64,000 nucleotides of DNA from positions 37,242 to 101,241 of the forward strand of contig JACPIS010000040.1 of assembly GCA_016187925.1 (NCBI GenBank), given 5' to 3'. Made by a program: the position numbers and the translations under genes. Shown here piece by piece: positions 1 to 12,694 of this stretch. This stretch comes from Opitutia bacterium. GTDB lineage: Bacteria; Verrucomicrobiota; Verrucomicrobiia; Opitutales; Opitutaceae. Below the pieces are notes generated by a model. The model saw only the letters and a list, made by a program, of their open reading frames with translations, searched no databases and was not told the origin of the DNA. Positions within the stretch are counted from its first letter, which is position 1. Every line of letters begins with the position of its first letter.

Positions 1-1
1 C

Positions 2-529
2 CCGCTGTCCAACGCCAGCTACGTCGTGGTGTTCGCCTATTTCTGCCTGCACGAGGTCGGCGCGCACTGGACCTATTCCGAGGTGCCCTACAACGACTGG
101 TGGCGCGGTCTTTTCGGCGTGACGCTGAACGAGCTGCTGGGCTGGCAGCGCAACCACTACGACCGCTTCCTGCATTTCATCTACGGCTTCCTGATCACGC
201 ACCCGATGCGCGAGCAGATCCTCCAACCGGTGCGCGCCCGCGGCTTCTGGAGCTACGCCCTGCCGGTCGTGCTGCTGACGTTCACCTCGACCGCCTACGA
301 ACTGATCGAGTGGGCCGCGGCGGTCGTCTTCGGCGGCGATCTCGGCATGGCCTACCTCGGCACGCAGGGCGATGTGTGGGATGCGCAGCGCGACACCGCC
401 CTGGCTACGCTCGGCTCCATCCTCGCCATGCTGCTCGCCGCCCGGATCAACCGCTGGCGCGGCCGCGACGCGGCGGCGGAGTTCGCCGAGCGCACCGTCC
501 GGGAGCGCGCGGCGACCGCTCGCCCCTGA
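2..529 (+). CDS. DUF2238 (YjdF-like) inner membrane protein, 5'-truncated by window edge
   Basis: Motifs LHEVGAHWTYSEVP, RNHYDRFLHF, YELIEW, LGTQGDVWDAQRD; frame open from position 2. Confidence 0.85.
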   Translation, partial: PLSNASYVVVFAYFCLHEVGAHWTYSEVPYNDWWRGLFGVTLNELLGWQRNHYDRFLHFIYGFLITHPMREQILQPVRARGFWSYALPVVLLTFTSTAYELIEWAAAVVFGGDLGMAYLGTQGDVWDAQRDTALATLGSILAMLLAARINRWRGRDAAAEFAERTVRERAATARP

Positions 530-623
530 CCCGCCCCGCGGCGGTGGCACACCGGAACGTGTCATTGCCGGGCATTTGCCTTGAGCCGCTCCGGTGGGCG
601 TGTTGCCCTCGCGCGACTCCTGC

Positions 624-1895
624 ATGAGCGACGCCGCCACCCCACGTCTTCGCGACATCACTGCGCCGCAGTGGAAATCCGGTATCGCGGCGTGGCTCGG
701 CTGGCTGTTCGACGGACTCGAACTGCATCTCTACACGCTCGTCGCCACGCCGCTCGTCATCGGCCTGCTCGGCGCGGTCAGCGCGGCCGATCCGGCGGTG
801 AAGGAGAAGAGCGCCTACATCCAGGCGGCTTTCCTCACCGGCTGGGCGCTGGGCGGCGCGTTTTTCGGCCGGCTGGGCGACCGCATCGGCCGCAGCCACG
901 CGCTCGCGCTCACCGTGCTCACGTATGCGCTGTGCACCGGCCTGTGCGCGCTGGCGCAGACGTGGTGGCAGCTGATGCTGTTCCGCTTCCTCGCCGCGCT
1001 CGGCATCGGCGGCGAATGGGCGGTGGGCGCCTCGCTGCTCGCGGAGACCTGGCCGCGCGCGTGGCGGCCGTGGCTGGCCGCCGTGCTCCAGAGCGGCGTC
1101 AACCTCGGCATCCTGCTCGCAGCGGCCATCGTCGGCCTGCTCGCGCTGCTGCCCCACCCGCCGCCCGAACGCTACGTCTTCCTCGTCGGCGTGCTGCCCG
1201 CGCTGCTCGTGTTCTGGATCCGCCGGCAGGTGCCGGAGCCCGAGGCGTGGGCCGACGCCGAAGCGCACGCGACCGTGAAGCCCGGCGTGCGCGACCTGTT
1301 CCGCGGCGCCGTCGCATCGACGACATGGCGCACGACCGCCGTGTGCGCGTTCGGCCTGTCGGCATGGTGGCTCTTCGTCTTCTGGCATCCGCAGCACCTG
1401 CGCAAGCTGCTCGCGGCCGACGGCGTGGCTGCCGCCGAGATCACGCAGCGCGTCTCGCTGGCGTTTTTCGTGGTCAATTTCGCCGCCTTGCTCGGCAACT
1501 TCGCCGCGGGCGGGCTGGCCAAGCTCATCGGCCACCGTCGCGCCATCATGGTCATGCTCGCCGGCCTGTGCGGCGCGATGACGGGCGCGTTCGCCGTGCC
1601 GCGCGGCTTCGGCGAGCTGGCGTGGCTCTGGATTCCGCTGGCCGGCACGTGCTCGGGCGTGTTCGGATTGTTCACGATGTATCTGCCGCCGCTTTTCCCG
1701 ACACTGCTGCGCACGACCGGCGCGGGCTTTTGCTACAACATCGGACGGCTCGCCGCGGCGGCGGCCTCGCTCATCTTCGGCTGGCTGGCGCCGGTGGGGG
1801 ATTTCCGCGTCGCGTTGCTGGCGTCGGGCTCGCTCGCGCTGATCGCCGCCGTGTGGGCGCACTGGCTGCCCGAGCACGGCGCGGCCGAAGCGTGA
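624..1895 (+). CDS. MFS transporter
   Basis: About 12 hydrophobic segments, motif A GRLGDRIGR, GIGGEW, FPTLLRTTG; start set at ATG 624. Confidence 0.9.
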   Translation: MSDAATPRLRDITAPQWKSGIAAWLGWLFDGLELHLYTLVATPLVIGLLGAVSAADPAVKEKSAYIQAAFLTGWALGGAFFGRLGDRIGRSHALALTVLTYALCTGLCALAQTWWQLMLFRFLAALGIGGEWAVGASLLAETWPRAWRPWLAAVLQSGVNLGILLAAAIVGLLALLPHPPPERYVFLVGVLPALLVFWIRRQVPEPEAWADAEAHATVKPGVRDLFRGAVASTTWRTTAVCAFGLSAWWLFVFWHPQHLRKLLAADGVAAAEITQRVSLAFFVVNFAALLGNFAAGGLAKLIGHRRAIMVMLAGLCGAMTGAFAVPRGFGELAWLWIPLAGTCSGVFGLFTMYLPPLFPTLLRTTGAGFCYNIGRLAAAAASLIFGWLAPVGDFRVALLASGSLALIAAVWAHWLPEHGAAEA

Positions 1896-1909
1896 GACTT
1901 TCCTTTCCC

Positions 1910-3049
1910 GTGAGAATCCTTTCCCTTCTCTGCTGCTTCGCTTTCATCTCTCCTTTGTCCCACGCCATGCAGTCGACCCTTCTCATCGGCACCAGCTCCG
2001 GCCCCGGCGGCCCGAATCAAGGCATCTATGCCGTCAAATTCGACTCCGCCACCGGCGAGTGCTCGACCGCCCGGCTCGCCGCCGCCGTTGCCAACCCGGG
2101 TTTCCTCGCGGCCCATCCATCCGGCCGGTTCATCTACAGCGCCGGCGAATCTGGCCGTTCCCCCGACGGCAACGCCATCGGCGCGATGTTCGCCTATGCC
2201 CTCGATTCTGCGTCCGGCTCGCTCGCGCCACTGAACTCGTCTCCGACCGGCGGCCTCGCGGCCACGCATCTGGCGGTCGATGCCACGGGACGCATGCTCG
2301 TTGCCGCCAGTTATCACGGCGGCCAGGTCCTGGCTTTCCCCATCGGCTCCGACGGCCGGCTGGGAGCGCGCGCCGCGTTTATTCCGCTCAGCGGCAAGCT
2401 CGGTCCCAACGCCCAGCGTCAGGAAAAACCGCACCCGCACTCGGTCACGTTCTCACCCGACAACCACTTCGCCTACGTCTGCGATCTCGGGCTCGACCGC
2501 ATCTTCTGTTTCCGGCTCGATCCCGCCACGGCCACGCTGACTCCCGCCGGCGAATTCGCCGCTCCCGCCGGCGCCGGCCCGCGGCACAGCAAGTTTTCCG
2601 CGGACGGCCGGTTTCTCTACGTCATCAACGAACTGAGCTCCTCGGTCAGCGTCTTCGCCCGCGACGCGGCCACGGGCGCGCTCGCGCTGAAGCAGACGCT
2701 CAGCACGCTGCCGGCCGGCTTCACGGCCTACAACATCTGCGCCGAAATCCAGATCCATCCCGGCGACCGCTTCGTCTACGGCTCGAACCGCGGCCATGAC
2801 AGCCTCGCGGTCTTCGCCCGCAACGAGCGCGACGGCACGCTCAGCCTGGTGGAAGTCGCCCCTTGCGGCGGCAAGCACCCGCGGCATTTCGCGTTGTCGC
2901 CCGACGGCGCCTGGCTCGTCTGCGCCGGGCGCGACAGCAACAATCTCGCGTCCTTCCGCGTCGACGCCGCCACCGGCCGGTTGAGTCCGGCCGGTGAAGC
3001 GGTCGGCATTCCGGTGCCAACCTGCGTGCTTTTCACTCCGGCGAAATAG
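1910..3049 (+). CDS. Lactonase family beta-propeller protein (6-phosphogluconolactonase-like), probable signal peptide
   Basis: C-terminal part of ORF 581..3049; [39 protein letters not shown] 1910 gives a hydrophobic leader. Confidence 0.88.
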   Translation: MRILSLLCCFAFISPLSHAMQSTLLIGTSSGPGGPNQGIYAVKFDSATGECSTARLAAAVANPGFLAAHPSGRFIYSAGESGRSPDGNAIGAMFAYALDSASGSLAPLNSSPTGGLAATHLAVDATGRMLVAASYHGGQVLAFPIGSDGRLGARAAFIPLSGKLGPNAQRQEKPHPHSVTFSPDNHFAYVCDLGLDRIFCFRLDPATATLTPAGEFAAPAGAGPRHSKFSADGRFLYVINELSSSVSVFARDAATGALALKQTLSTLPAGFTAYNICAEIQIHPGDRFVYGSNRGHDSLAVFARNERDGTLSLVEVAPCGGKHPRHFALSPDGAWLVCAGRDSNNLASFRVDAATGRLSPAGEAVGIPVPTCVLFTPAK

Positions 3050-3114
3050 CGTCCTGGAGCGGCGCACTTTTTCGCTTCGACCCCGACCCGGCCGCGGGCC
3101 TAGCCTGCGCGCGC

Positions 3115-3699
3115 ATGTCGAAGGTCTATTTCTACTACTCGGCGATGAACGCCGGCAAATCCACGGTGCTGCTCCAGTCGAGCTACAACTACCACGAACG
3201 CGGCATGCGCACGCTGCTGTTCACCCCGGCCATCGACACGCGCGCGGGCGCGGGCCGCGTGAAGTCGCGCATCGGACTCGAGGCCGAGGCGATGGCGTTG
3301 CAGGCTGACGAGGACATCTTCGCGCACGTGAAGGCCGCGCACGCCGCCCAGCCGGTCGCGTGCGTGCTCATCGACGAGGCGCAGTTCCTCACGCGCGGGC
3401 AGGTCGAGCAATGCACCGACATCGCCGATCAGCTGCGCATCCCCGTGCTGTGTTACGGCCTGCGCACGGATTTCCAGGCGCAGCTTTTCCCCGGCAGCGC
3501 GGCGCTGCTCGCGCTGGCGGACAATCTCATCGAGCTGAAAACCATCTGCCACTGCGGCCGCAAGGCCACGATGAACCTCCGCGTCGGACCGGACGGCCGC
3601 GCGGTGCGGGAAGGCGCGCAGGTGGAGATCGGCGGCAACGACCGCTACGTCGCGATGTGCCGCCGCCATTTCAAGGAAGCGCTGGCCGGCGCCCCGTGA
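3115..3699 (+). CDS. tdk: Thymidine kinase
   Basis: [11 protein letters not shown]-loop, IDEAQF, YGLRTDF, Zn-binding CHCG...CRRH. Confidence 0.96.
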   Translation: MSKVYFYYSAMNAGKSTVLLQSSYNYHERGMRTLLFTPAIDTRAGAGRVKSRIGLEAEAMALQADEDIFAHVKAAHAAQPVACVLIDEAQFLTRGQVEQCTDIADQLRIPVLCYGLRTDFQAQLFPGSAALLALADNLIELKTICHCGRKATMNLRVGPDGRAVREGAQVEIGGNDRYVAMCRRHFKEALAGAP

Positions 3700-3711
3700 G
3701 GCGCGGTGCGC

Positions 3712-4023
3712 TCAGCCTTCGAGGCTGAAGTAGATCGGCAGGCTAAGTTTCATCTCGGCCGGCTGGCCGTCGATCTTGCCGGGCTTGAATTTCCACTGGG
3801 CGACGGCCTTCAGCGCCGGGCTGATGAACGCCTCGTTGGTCGCGTTCTCGACCGTCGGTTCCTTGACGAGTTCGTGTGCATCGACTGTGAACGAGATATT
3901 GACGACGCCGGTCACGCCCTCGGCCCGAAGTTCCTTGGGATACCCCGGCGCGGCCGACTTCAGCAAAACCCACCGGCAAGCCCTATCGAGCGTACGGCTA
4001 GTGCCGGCGGAAATCCCTGCCAA
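3712..4023 (-). CDS. TonB C-terminal domain protein (N-terminus uncertain, possibly decayed)
   Basis: PGYPKELRAEGVTGVV...AVAQWKFKPG...GQP TonB_C pattern; no clear membrane anchor. Confidence 0.7.
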   Translation of the reverse strand: MAGISAGTSRTLDRACRWVLLKSAAPGYPKELRAEGVTGVVNISFTVDAHELVKEPTVENATNEAFISPALKAVAQWKFKPGKIDGQPAEMKLSLPIYFSLEG

Positions 4024-4133
4024 CAGCCACGCTTATCCGCAAGCGGCTGACACAGACGCAGCGCAAAAAGTGCGCAGCCTTCTTTATTTTTTGAGCAGAA
4101 TCCGCCGCCGGAGCCTGCTTTAATGAAAGCCGA

Positions 4134-5441
4134 ATGAACCACCACGACTGGTCTCAACTGAAGCAACGCGCCGTCTCCGCCGCCGACGCGGTCGCGCTCA
4201 TCCCCCATGGCTCCCGCGCCTTCCTGCACGGCGGCGCGGCCACGCCCTCCCCGCTCGTCGAGGCGCTCGCCGCCCGGCGCGACCTCGAGGGCCTGCGCCT
4301 CTACCATCTGCACACCGAGGGGCCGATGCCGTTCCTCGCGCCGGAGTGCGAGGGGCGCATCCGCTCCATCTCGCTCTTCACCGGCGCGGCCGCCCGCCCG
4401 GTTATCGCCGAGGGCCGCGCAGACTTCATGCCGGTGTTCCTCTCGGACATCCCTTATCTTTTCAACACGCGGCGCCTGCCGCTCGATGTCGCCATCCTCC
4501 AGCTCTCGCCGCCCGACGAGCACGGCTGGTGCACGCTCGGCACCTCGGTCGACTGCGCCCGCGCGGCCTTCGACAACGCCCGCATCGTCATCGCCGAGAT
4601 CAACGAGCAGATGCCGCGCACGCACGGCGAGGCCTTCGTGCCGTTCAGCCGCATCAACGCCTTCATCGCCACCGACCGCCCCCTGCACCAGCACGCGCCC
4701 GATCCCGAGAACGCCACCGAGGCGCAGATCGGCGAGATCATCGCCGGCCTCGTCGAGGACGGCTCGACGCTGCAGATGGGCATCGGCGCCATCCCCGACG
4801 CCGTGCTGACCCGCCTGAACAACAAGCACGACCTCGGCATCCACACCGAGATGTTCTCCGACCGGCTCGTGCCGCTCGTCGAGGCCGGCGTCGTCACCAA
4901 CCGCTTCAAGGCCGTCTACCCGAAGCGCATCATCACCGCCTTCTGCGTCGGCACGCGGAAGACCTTCGACTTCGTCCACGACAATCCCTTCGTCTCCTTC
5001 TTCGGCTCGGAGAAGACCAACGACACCGCCACGATCCGCAAGAACCCGAAGGTCGTCGCCATCAACTCTGCCATCGAGATCGACCTGACCGGCCAGGTCT
5101 GCGCCGACTCGATGGGCCACAACATCTACTCCGGCATCGGCGGCCAGATGGACTTCATCCGCGGCGCGGCGCTCTCGCCCGGCGGCAAGCCCATCATCGC
5201 CCTGCCCTCCACGGCCAAGAGCGGCAAGCTCACCCGCATCGTGCCCGAGCTGAAACCCGGCGCCGGCGTCGTCACCACCCGCGGCCACGTGCACTGGGTC
5301 GTCACCGAGTACGGCGCCGTCAACCTGCAGGGCATGACGCTGCGCGAGCGCGCCGAGGCGCTCATCAGCATCGCGCATCCGGACTTCCGCCCCGAGCTGC
5401 GGAAGGCGGTTGCCGCCATCCGGCATTTTCACTTCAGTTGA
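4134..5441 (+). CDS. Acetyl-CoA hydrolase/transferase family (4-hydroxybutyrate CoA-transferase-like)
   Basis: LQMGIGAIPDAV, GIHTEMFSD, SGIGGQMDFIRGA, VVTEYGAVNL. Confidence 0.92.
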   Translation: MNHHDWSQLKQRAVSAADAVALIPHGSRAFLHGGAATPSPLVEALAARRDLEGLRLYHLHTEGPMPFLAPECEGRIRSISLFTGAAARPVIAEGRADFMPVFLSDIPYLFNTRRLPLDVAILQLSPPDEHGWCTLGTSVDCARAAFDNARIVIAEINEQMPRTHGEAFVPFSRINAFIATDRPLHQHAPDPENATEAQIGEIIAGLVEDGSTLQMGIGAIPDAVLTRLNNKHDLGIHTEMFSDRLVPLVEAGVVTNRFKAVYPKRIITAFCVGTRKTFDFVHDNPFVSFFGSEKTNDTATIRKNPKVVAINSAIEIDLTGQVCADSMGHNIYSGIGGQMDFIRGAALSPGGKPIIALPSTAKSGKLTRIVPELKPGAGVVTTRGHVHWVVTEYGAVNLQGMTLRERAEALISIAHPDFRPELRKAVAAIRHFHFS

Positions 5442-5444
5442 CGC

Positions 5445-6446
5445 GTGAGCCTCCGCGTCGCCTTCTTCGATACCAAGCCCTACGACCGCGAGCACTTTGA
5501 GCCCGCCGGTCTGGACGGACGGAAATTCCATTTCCTCGAGCACCGGCTCGGGCCCAACACGGTCGCCACCGCCCGGGAGGTCGACGCGGTCTGCGTGTTC
5601 GTCAACGACCGGCTCGACCGGCCCGTGCTCGCGCAACTGCGCGCCGCCGGCGTGAAACTCGTGGCGCTGCGCTGCGCAGGCTTCAACAACGTCGACCTCG
5701 CCGCGGCCAAGGAGCTCGGCATCGCCGTCACCCGCGTGCCGGCCTACTCGCCGCACGCCGTGGCCGAGCACACGGTGGCGTTGCTGCTCACGCTGAACCG
5801 CCGGATCCACCGCGCGCACAGCCGCGTGCGCGAGCTGAACTTCTCCCTCAACGGCCTCGTCGGCTTCGACCTGCACGGCAAGGCCGCCGGCATCGTCGGC
5901 ACCGGCCGCATCGGCCGCCTCACGGCGGAGATCTTGCGCGGCTTCGGCATGCGCGTGCTGGCCTACGACGTGCAGCCCGACACCGCCTGGGCCGCCGCCC
6001 ACAGCGTCACCTACGCCCCGCTCGACCGGCTCTTCGCCGAGAGCGATGTCCTCTCCCTGCACACGCCGCTCACCCCGCAAACACAACGCCTCATCAACGC
6101 CACCACTCTCGGCCAGATGAAGCGCGGCGTCTATCTCGTGAACACCTCCCGCGGCAAACTGATCGACACCGCCGCACTCATTCACGCCCTGAAATCAGGC
6201 CAGGTCGGCGGCGTCGCGCTCGACGTCTACGAGGAGGAGGAAGGCATCTTCTTCGAGGACCACTCCGGCGGCATGCTGCAGGACGACACCCTGAGCCGGC
6301 TGCTCACGTTCCCCAACGTGCTCATCACCTCGCATCAGGCCTTCCTTACCCGCGAAGCCCTGACCGAGATCGCCCGCGTCACGATCGAGAACCTCGACCG
6401 TCTCGCCACCGGCCAGCCCTACCTCGAAGGCACGCAGCTCGCCTGA
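5445..6446 (+). CDS. ldhA: D-lactate dehydrogenase (2-hydroxyacid dehydrogenase)
   Basis: RCAGFNNVDL, VPAYSPHAVAEH, GTGRIG, NTSRGKLI, DVYEEE, TSHQAFLT. Confidence 0.92.
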   Translation: MSLRVAFFDTKPYDREHFEPAGLDGRKFHFLEHRLGPNTVATAREVDAVCVFVNDRLDRPVLAQLRAAGVKLVALRCAGFNNVDLAAAKELGIAVTRVPAYSPHAVAEHTVALLLTLNRRIHRAHSRVRELNFSLNGLVGFDLHGKAAGIVGTGRIGRLTAEILRGFGMRVLAYDVQPDTAWAAAHSVTYAPLDRLFAESDVLSLHTPLTPQTQRLINATTLGQMKRGVYLVNTSRGKLIDTAALIHALKSGQVGGVALDVYEEEEGIFFEDHSGGMLQDDTLSRLLTFPNVLITSHQAFLTREALTEIARVTIENLDRLATGQPYLEGTQLA

Positions 6447-6452
6447 GTGCGC

Positions 6453-8111
6453 TCAGAACGCCGGCTCGCCGTCGGCGGGCGGACGGGGCGGGCGCAGCGT
6501 GACGACGAGGTAATAGCCGAGCGTGGCCAGCACGGCGCAGCCGAGCAGGAACCAGTCGCCCTTCTCGGTGTAGAAACTCAGCCGCCCCTGCCAGCGCAGG
6601 TCGCGCGTGACGGTCACCGTCTCCGCGCCGCGGAAATACACGCTGCCGTTCTCGTCGCGCAGGTTCGCGCGGATGTTGCCGTACTCATCGATCCAGCCGC
6701 TCCAGCCGCCGTTGCCGACGCGGATGAGCGGCCGGCGGTTCTCCACCGCGCGCAGCACCGAATGGGCCGCGTGCTGGTAGGCCGCCCCGCCCTCGCCGAA
6801 CCAGCCGTTGTTCGTCACGACGGCCAGCACCTCGGCGCCCTCGCGCGTGCTTTCGCGTGCCAGCGCCGGGAAAATGTCCTCGTAGCAGATCAGCAGGCCC
6901 ACGGGCACGGTGCCGCGACCGACCGGCAGCGACAGCGGCCGGGCGGAGCCGCCGCGTTGGAAGTCCCCGCCGATGGGCACCACTTTCTCGAGCCAGCCGA
7001 ACACGGGGCGCAGCGGGATGTATTCGCCGAACTGCACGAGCTTGCGCTTGGCGTAGCCGGGCTGGCGCACACCCGCCACGGGATCGACGACGAACGCCCC
7101 GTTGTACCAGAGCAGCCCGGTTCCATCGCCCGGCTCCGTGAACACCGAGCCGAGCAACAGCGGCTTGCCCGTGCGCTTCGCCACGGAGGTGAGCCACTCG
7201 GCGACGTTGGGATCGCGGTTCAGCGCCCACGGCGTCACCGCCTCGGGCCAGAAGATCGCCTCGGGGGCGCCGCGGTCGTTGGCATCGAACGTGACCTGTT
7301 CGATGGTGCGCAAAACGTCGCGCGCCTTGGTCGCGTCCCACTTTTCGCCCTGCGGGATGTAGGGTTGCACGAGCGCGGCGCGCACGAGCTTCTGCCGCTG
7401 CTGGCCGAAGAAATCGCTGAGAAACGGAAACGTCGACGCCATGAGCACGAGGAGGCCGAGCGTGAACTCCGGGCTGCGCTTGCGCAGGCCGGTCGCGCCC
7501 TCGAAGAAAATGCGATGCGCGTAGGCCGCCGCGCCGAGGTTGAAGGCGATGAGCACGAACGACACCACCCACGCGCCGCCGTAGGCCGCGACCTGCAGCA
7601 TGAACGGCCGCTGCCACTGGCTCGCCGCCAGCGGCAGCCACGGGAAGCCGCCGAAAATCCAGCCGCGGAACCACTCGAGCACGACCCACAACGCCGCCAG
7701 CGCCAGCAGGCCGATCAGCCGCATCACAACCTGATGGCCATGCAGGCGCGGCAACGCCCACCACGCAGCGAGAAACCACACCCCGGTCAGCAGGCCCATG
7801 AACGGCCCGAGCAGGAACAGCCCCGGCCAGGTGACATGATGCAGCCAGCCGAGCAGAGCCGTCCACGCCACCACCTGCGCGCCCAGCACGGACCACGCGT
7901 AGAGGCGGAACGCCGGCTTACGGTAGGCCCAGAGCAAAGCCGGCACGGCAAACGCAAACGTCAGCTCACCGGCGTTGACCGGCGGGAAAATCACATAACC
8001 CAACACCGCCGTCGCTACGAACACCCCCAGCGCCCAGCCCAGCCCCGGATGCCGCATCCCGAACGTGGACGCAGGAGCGTAGGAGTCGAAGGTATCTGAA
8101 GATTCAGGCAT
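6453..8111 (-). CDS. lnt: Apolipoprotein N-acyltransferase
   Basis: GFPW, WPE, KRKLVQFGEYIP, ICYED, TNNGWFG, RAVENRR; start set at ATG 8111. Confidence 0.93.
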   Translation of the reverse strand: MPESSDTFDSYAPASTFGMRHPGLGWALGVFVATAVLGYVIFPPVNAGELTFAFAVPALLWAYRKPAFRLYAWSVLGAQVVAWTALLGWLHHVTWPGLFLLGPFMGLLTGVWFLAAWWALPRLHGHQVVMRLIGLLALAALWVVLEWFRGWIFGGFPWLPLAASQWQRPFMLQVAAYGGAWVVSFVLIAFNLGAAAYAHRIFFEGATGLRKRSPEFTLGLLVLMASTFPFLSDFFGQQRQKLVRAALVQPYIPQGEKWDATKARDVLRTIEQVTFDANDRGAPEAIFWPEAVTPWALNRDPNVAEWLTSVAKRTGKPLLLGSVFTEPGDGTGLLWYNGAFVVDPVAGVRQPGYAKRKLVQFGEYIPLRPVFGWLEKVVPIGGDFQRGGSARPLSLPVGRGTVPVGLLICYEDIFPALARESTREGAEVLAVVTNNGWFGEGGAAYQHAAHSVLRAVENRRPLIRVGNGGWSGWIDEYGNIRANLRDENGSVYFRGAETVTVTRDLRWQGRLSFYTEKGDWFLLGCAVLATLGYYLVVTLRPPRPPADGEPAF

Positions 8112-8118
8112 GGCCGCT

Positions 8119-8186
8119 GTGGGAGGGGCTTTACGCCCCGACGGGAATGGATCGACGCATCGCGGTCGGGGCATAAAGCCCCTCCC
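8119..8186. repeat. REP-like inverted doublet (GTGG-headed)
   Basis: gggaggggctttacgccccgac (8121-8142) is the reverse complement of gtcggggcataaagcccctccc (8165-8186) with 1 mismatch. Confidence 0.8.
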
Positions 8187-8226
8187 GCTCAGTCGCCTCT
8201 TCCGAGTTGGAAACACTCCTCATGCT

Positions 8227-8919
8227 TCAGAGCTCCGCGAGCAACGGCGGCAGATCGCCGAGGCGGTCGACGCGCCGGAAGCGCGGCTGGTTTTGCGGCG
8301 CCTCCTCGACGTGCTCGTGCTGCCAGGTGATGTGATACGGGATGTGCACGCCCGCGCCGCCGAGCTCGAGCACCGGCAGGATGTCGGACTTGAGCGAGTT
8401 GCCGACCATGACGAACTCCTCCGGCGCGACGCCGTGGCGGCGCAACACGCGCTGGTAGGCGGCACCGTCTTTCTCGCTCAGGATCTCGACGGCGTGGAAG
8501 TGCGCGGCGAGGCCCGACTCGGAGATCTTGCGCTCCTGGTCGCGCAGGTCGCCCTTGGTGATGATCATCAGCCGGAAGTCGCGCGCGAGCGCGGGCACAA
8601 TCTCGGGGACGCCCGGCAGCAGGTCGACGGGGTGCGCCAGCATGTCCTGGCCGTTGGCGAGGATTTCGCGGATCTCCTGCGCACTGATCGTGCCCTTGGT
8701 CAGCTCGATGGCGGTCTCGACCGCGCTGAGCATGAAGCCTTTCACGCCGTAGCCGTAGAGGCGGAGGTTGCGCATCTCGGTGGCGAAGAGCGCGCGGTCC
8801 ACCTCGGCGGGCGCATGGTAGCGGGCAAGCAGCTGCCGGTAGCGCTCCTGGGCGCGGTCGAAGATGTTCTCGTTGTGCCAGAGCGTGTCGTCGGCATCGA
8901 AACCGATTATGCGGATCAT
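8227..8919 (-). CDS. HAD family hydrolase
   Basis: FDADDTLW motif I, ITKGD, EKD, MVGNSLKSDI. Confidence 0.92.
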   Translation of the reverse strand: MIRIIGFDADDTLWHNENIFDRAQERYRQLLARYHAPAEVDRALFATEMRNLRLYGYGVKGFMLSAVETAIELTKGTISAQEIREILANGQDMLAHPVDLLPGVPEIVPALARDFRLMIITKGDLRDQERKISESGLAAHFHAVEILSEKDGAAYQRVLRRHGVAPEEFVMVGNSLKSDILPVLELGGAGVHIPYHITWQHEHVEEAPQNQPRFRRVDRLGDLPPLLAEL

Positions 8920-8947
8920 GGCGGCAAGCGTGGTTTCGGGGCCGGTG

Positions 8948-9460
8948 CTAGCCAGCCCATTTCTCGCCCGTGAGTTCGTCAGTCATCAATGTGATCGCGA
9001 ATGCGCTGTCGTAGGCGACGTTGAGGGCGAACTTCCGGCCGGCCAGCACGCAGCGGTAGATGAGGCGGTCGGTGTCATGCGTAGGCACGGTCCCGAGTTC
9101 GGCGGCGGAGAACCAGCCGAGGGTGCCTTCGTTGCTGGCCGGCGCAGGCACCCAGGGAGTGTCGCCGACATAGATGAAGGTGCACCAGTTGTAGGCAAGC
9201 GGAGACGTCTCGACCATTGTGCCACAGAACTCGACCGCCTCGAGCTGGAGACCGGATTCCTCGCGGATCTCGCGGATGGCGGCGTCGCGCGGGTTCTCGA
9301 ACGGATCGACCTTGCCACCCATCGGCACCCAGAGACCGACGTGCGGCTCCTTGATGCGGCGGAGCAACAGGTAACGGTCGTCCGCGCGTACGAGGCAGAG
9401 GGAGGCGACGCGTTTGGAGCCGGGCGGCAGCGCGTGGGCGGTCGGTGAAGGGGCGGCCAT
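8948..9460 (-). CDS. NUDIX hydrolase
   Basis: Nudix box GGKVDPFENPRDAAIREIREESGL; C-terminal part of ORF 8948..10360; start ATG 9460. Confidence 0.88.
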   Translation of the reverse strand: MAAPSPTAHALPPGSKRVASLCLVRADDRYLLLRRIKEPHVGLWVPMGGKVDPFENPRDAAIREIREESGLQLEAVEFCGTMVETSPLAYNWCTFIYVGDTPWVPAPASNEGTLGWFSAAELGTVPTHDTDRLIYRCVLAGRKFALNVAYDSAFAITLMTDELTGEKWAG

Positions 9461-9477
9461 GGCGGCAGCGGAGCGCG

Positions 9478-12459
<2,982 letters not shown>

Positions 12460-12694
12460 GAAAGGCGGAAACGATTAGCCGCGTGCGGCGGCTAGGCAAC
12501 TGACAAATGGTCCCGTGGAAAGGTCCGTGGAAATCCCACTGGGGCGAGGATTTAGGCCGGTTGCCCATCTTCGCCGGCGTCGGCGGACGCGTCCCGCCCG
12601 CCGGACGGAATGTCGCGACGCTAGCCTCCTTGGCCGACGCCTGCTTGCCCCTTGGCCGGGTTTGTTTATCGCAAAACGCCAGTCCCCACGCCCC

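Noticed and set aside
581..1909. Apparent 822-aa fusion ORF ending in the lactonase
   Set aside because: The N-terminal part is an Arg-rich off-frame reading of the MFS gene; the real gene starts near 1910.
12500..12545. Short direct repeat ccgtggaaa twice upstream of secA
   Set aside because: Only two 9-mers with no recognisable operator; could be chance.
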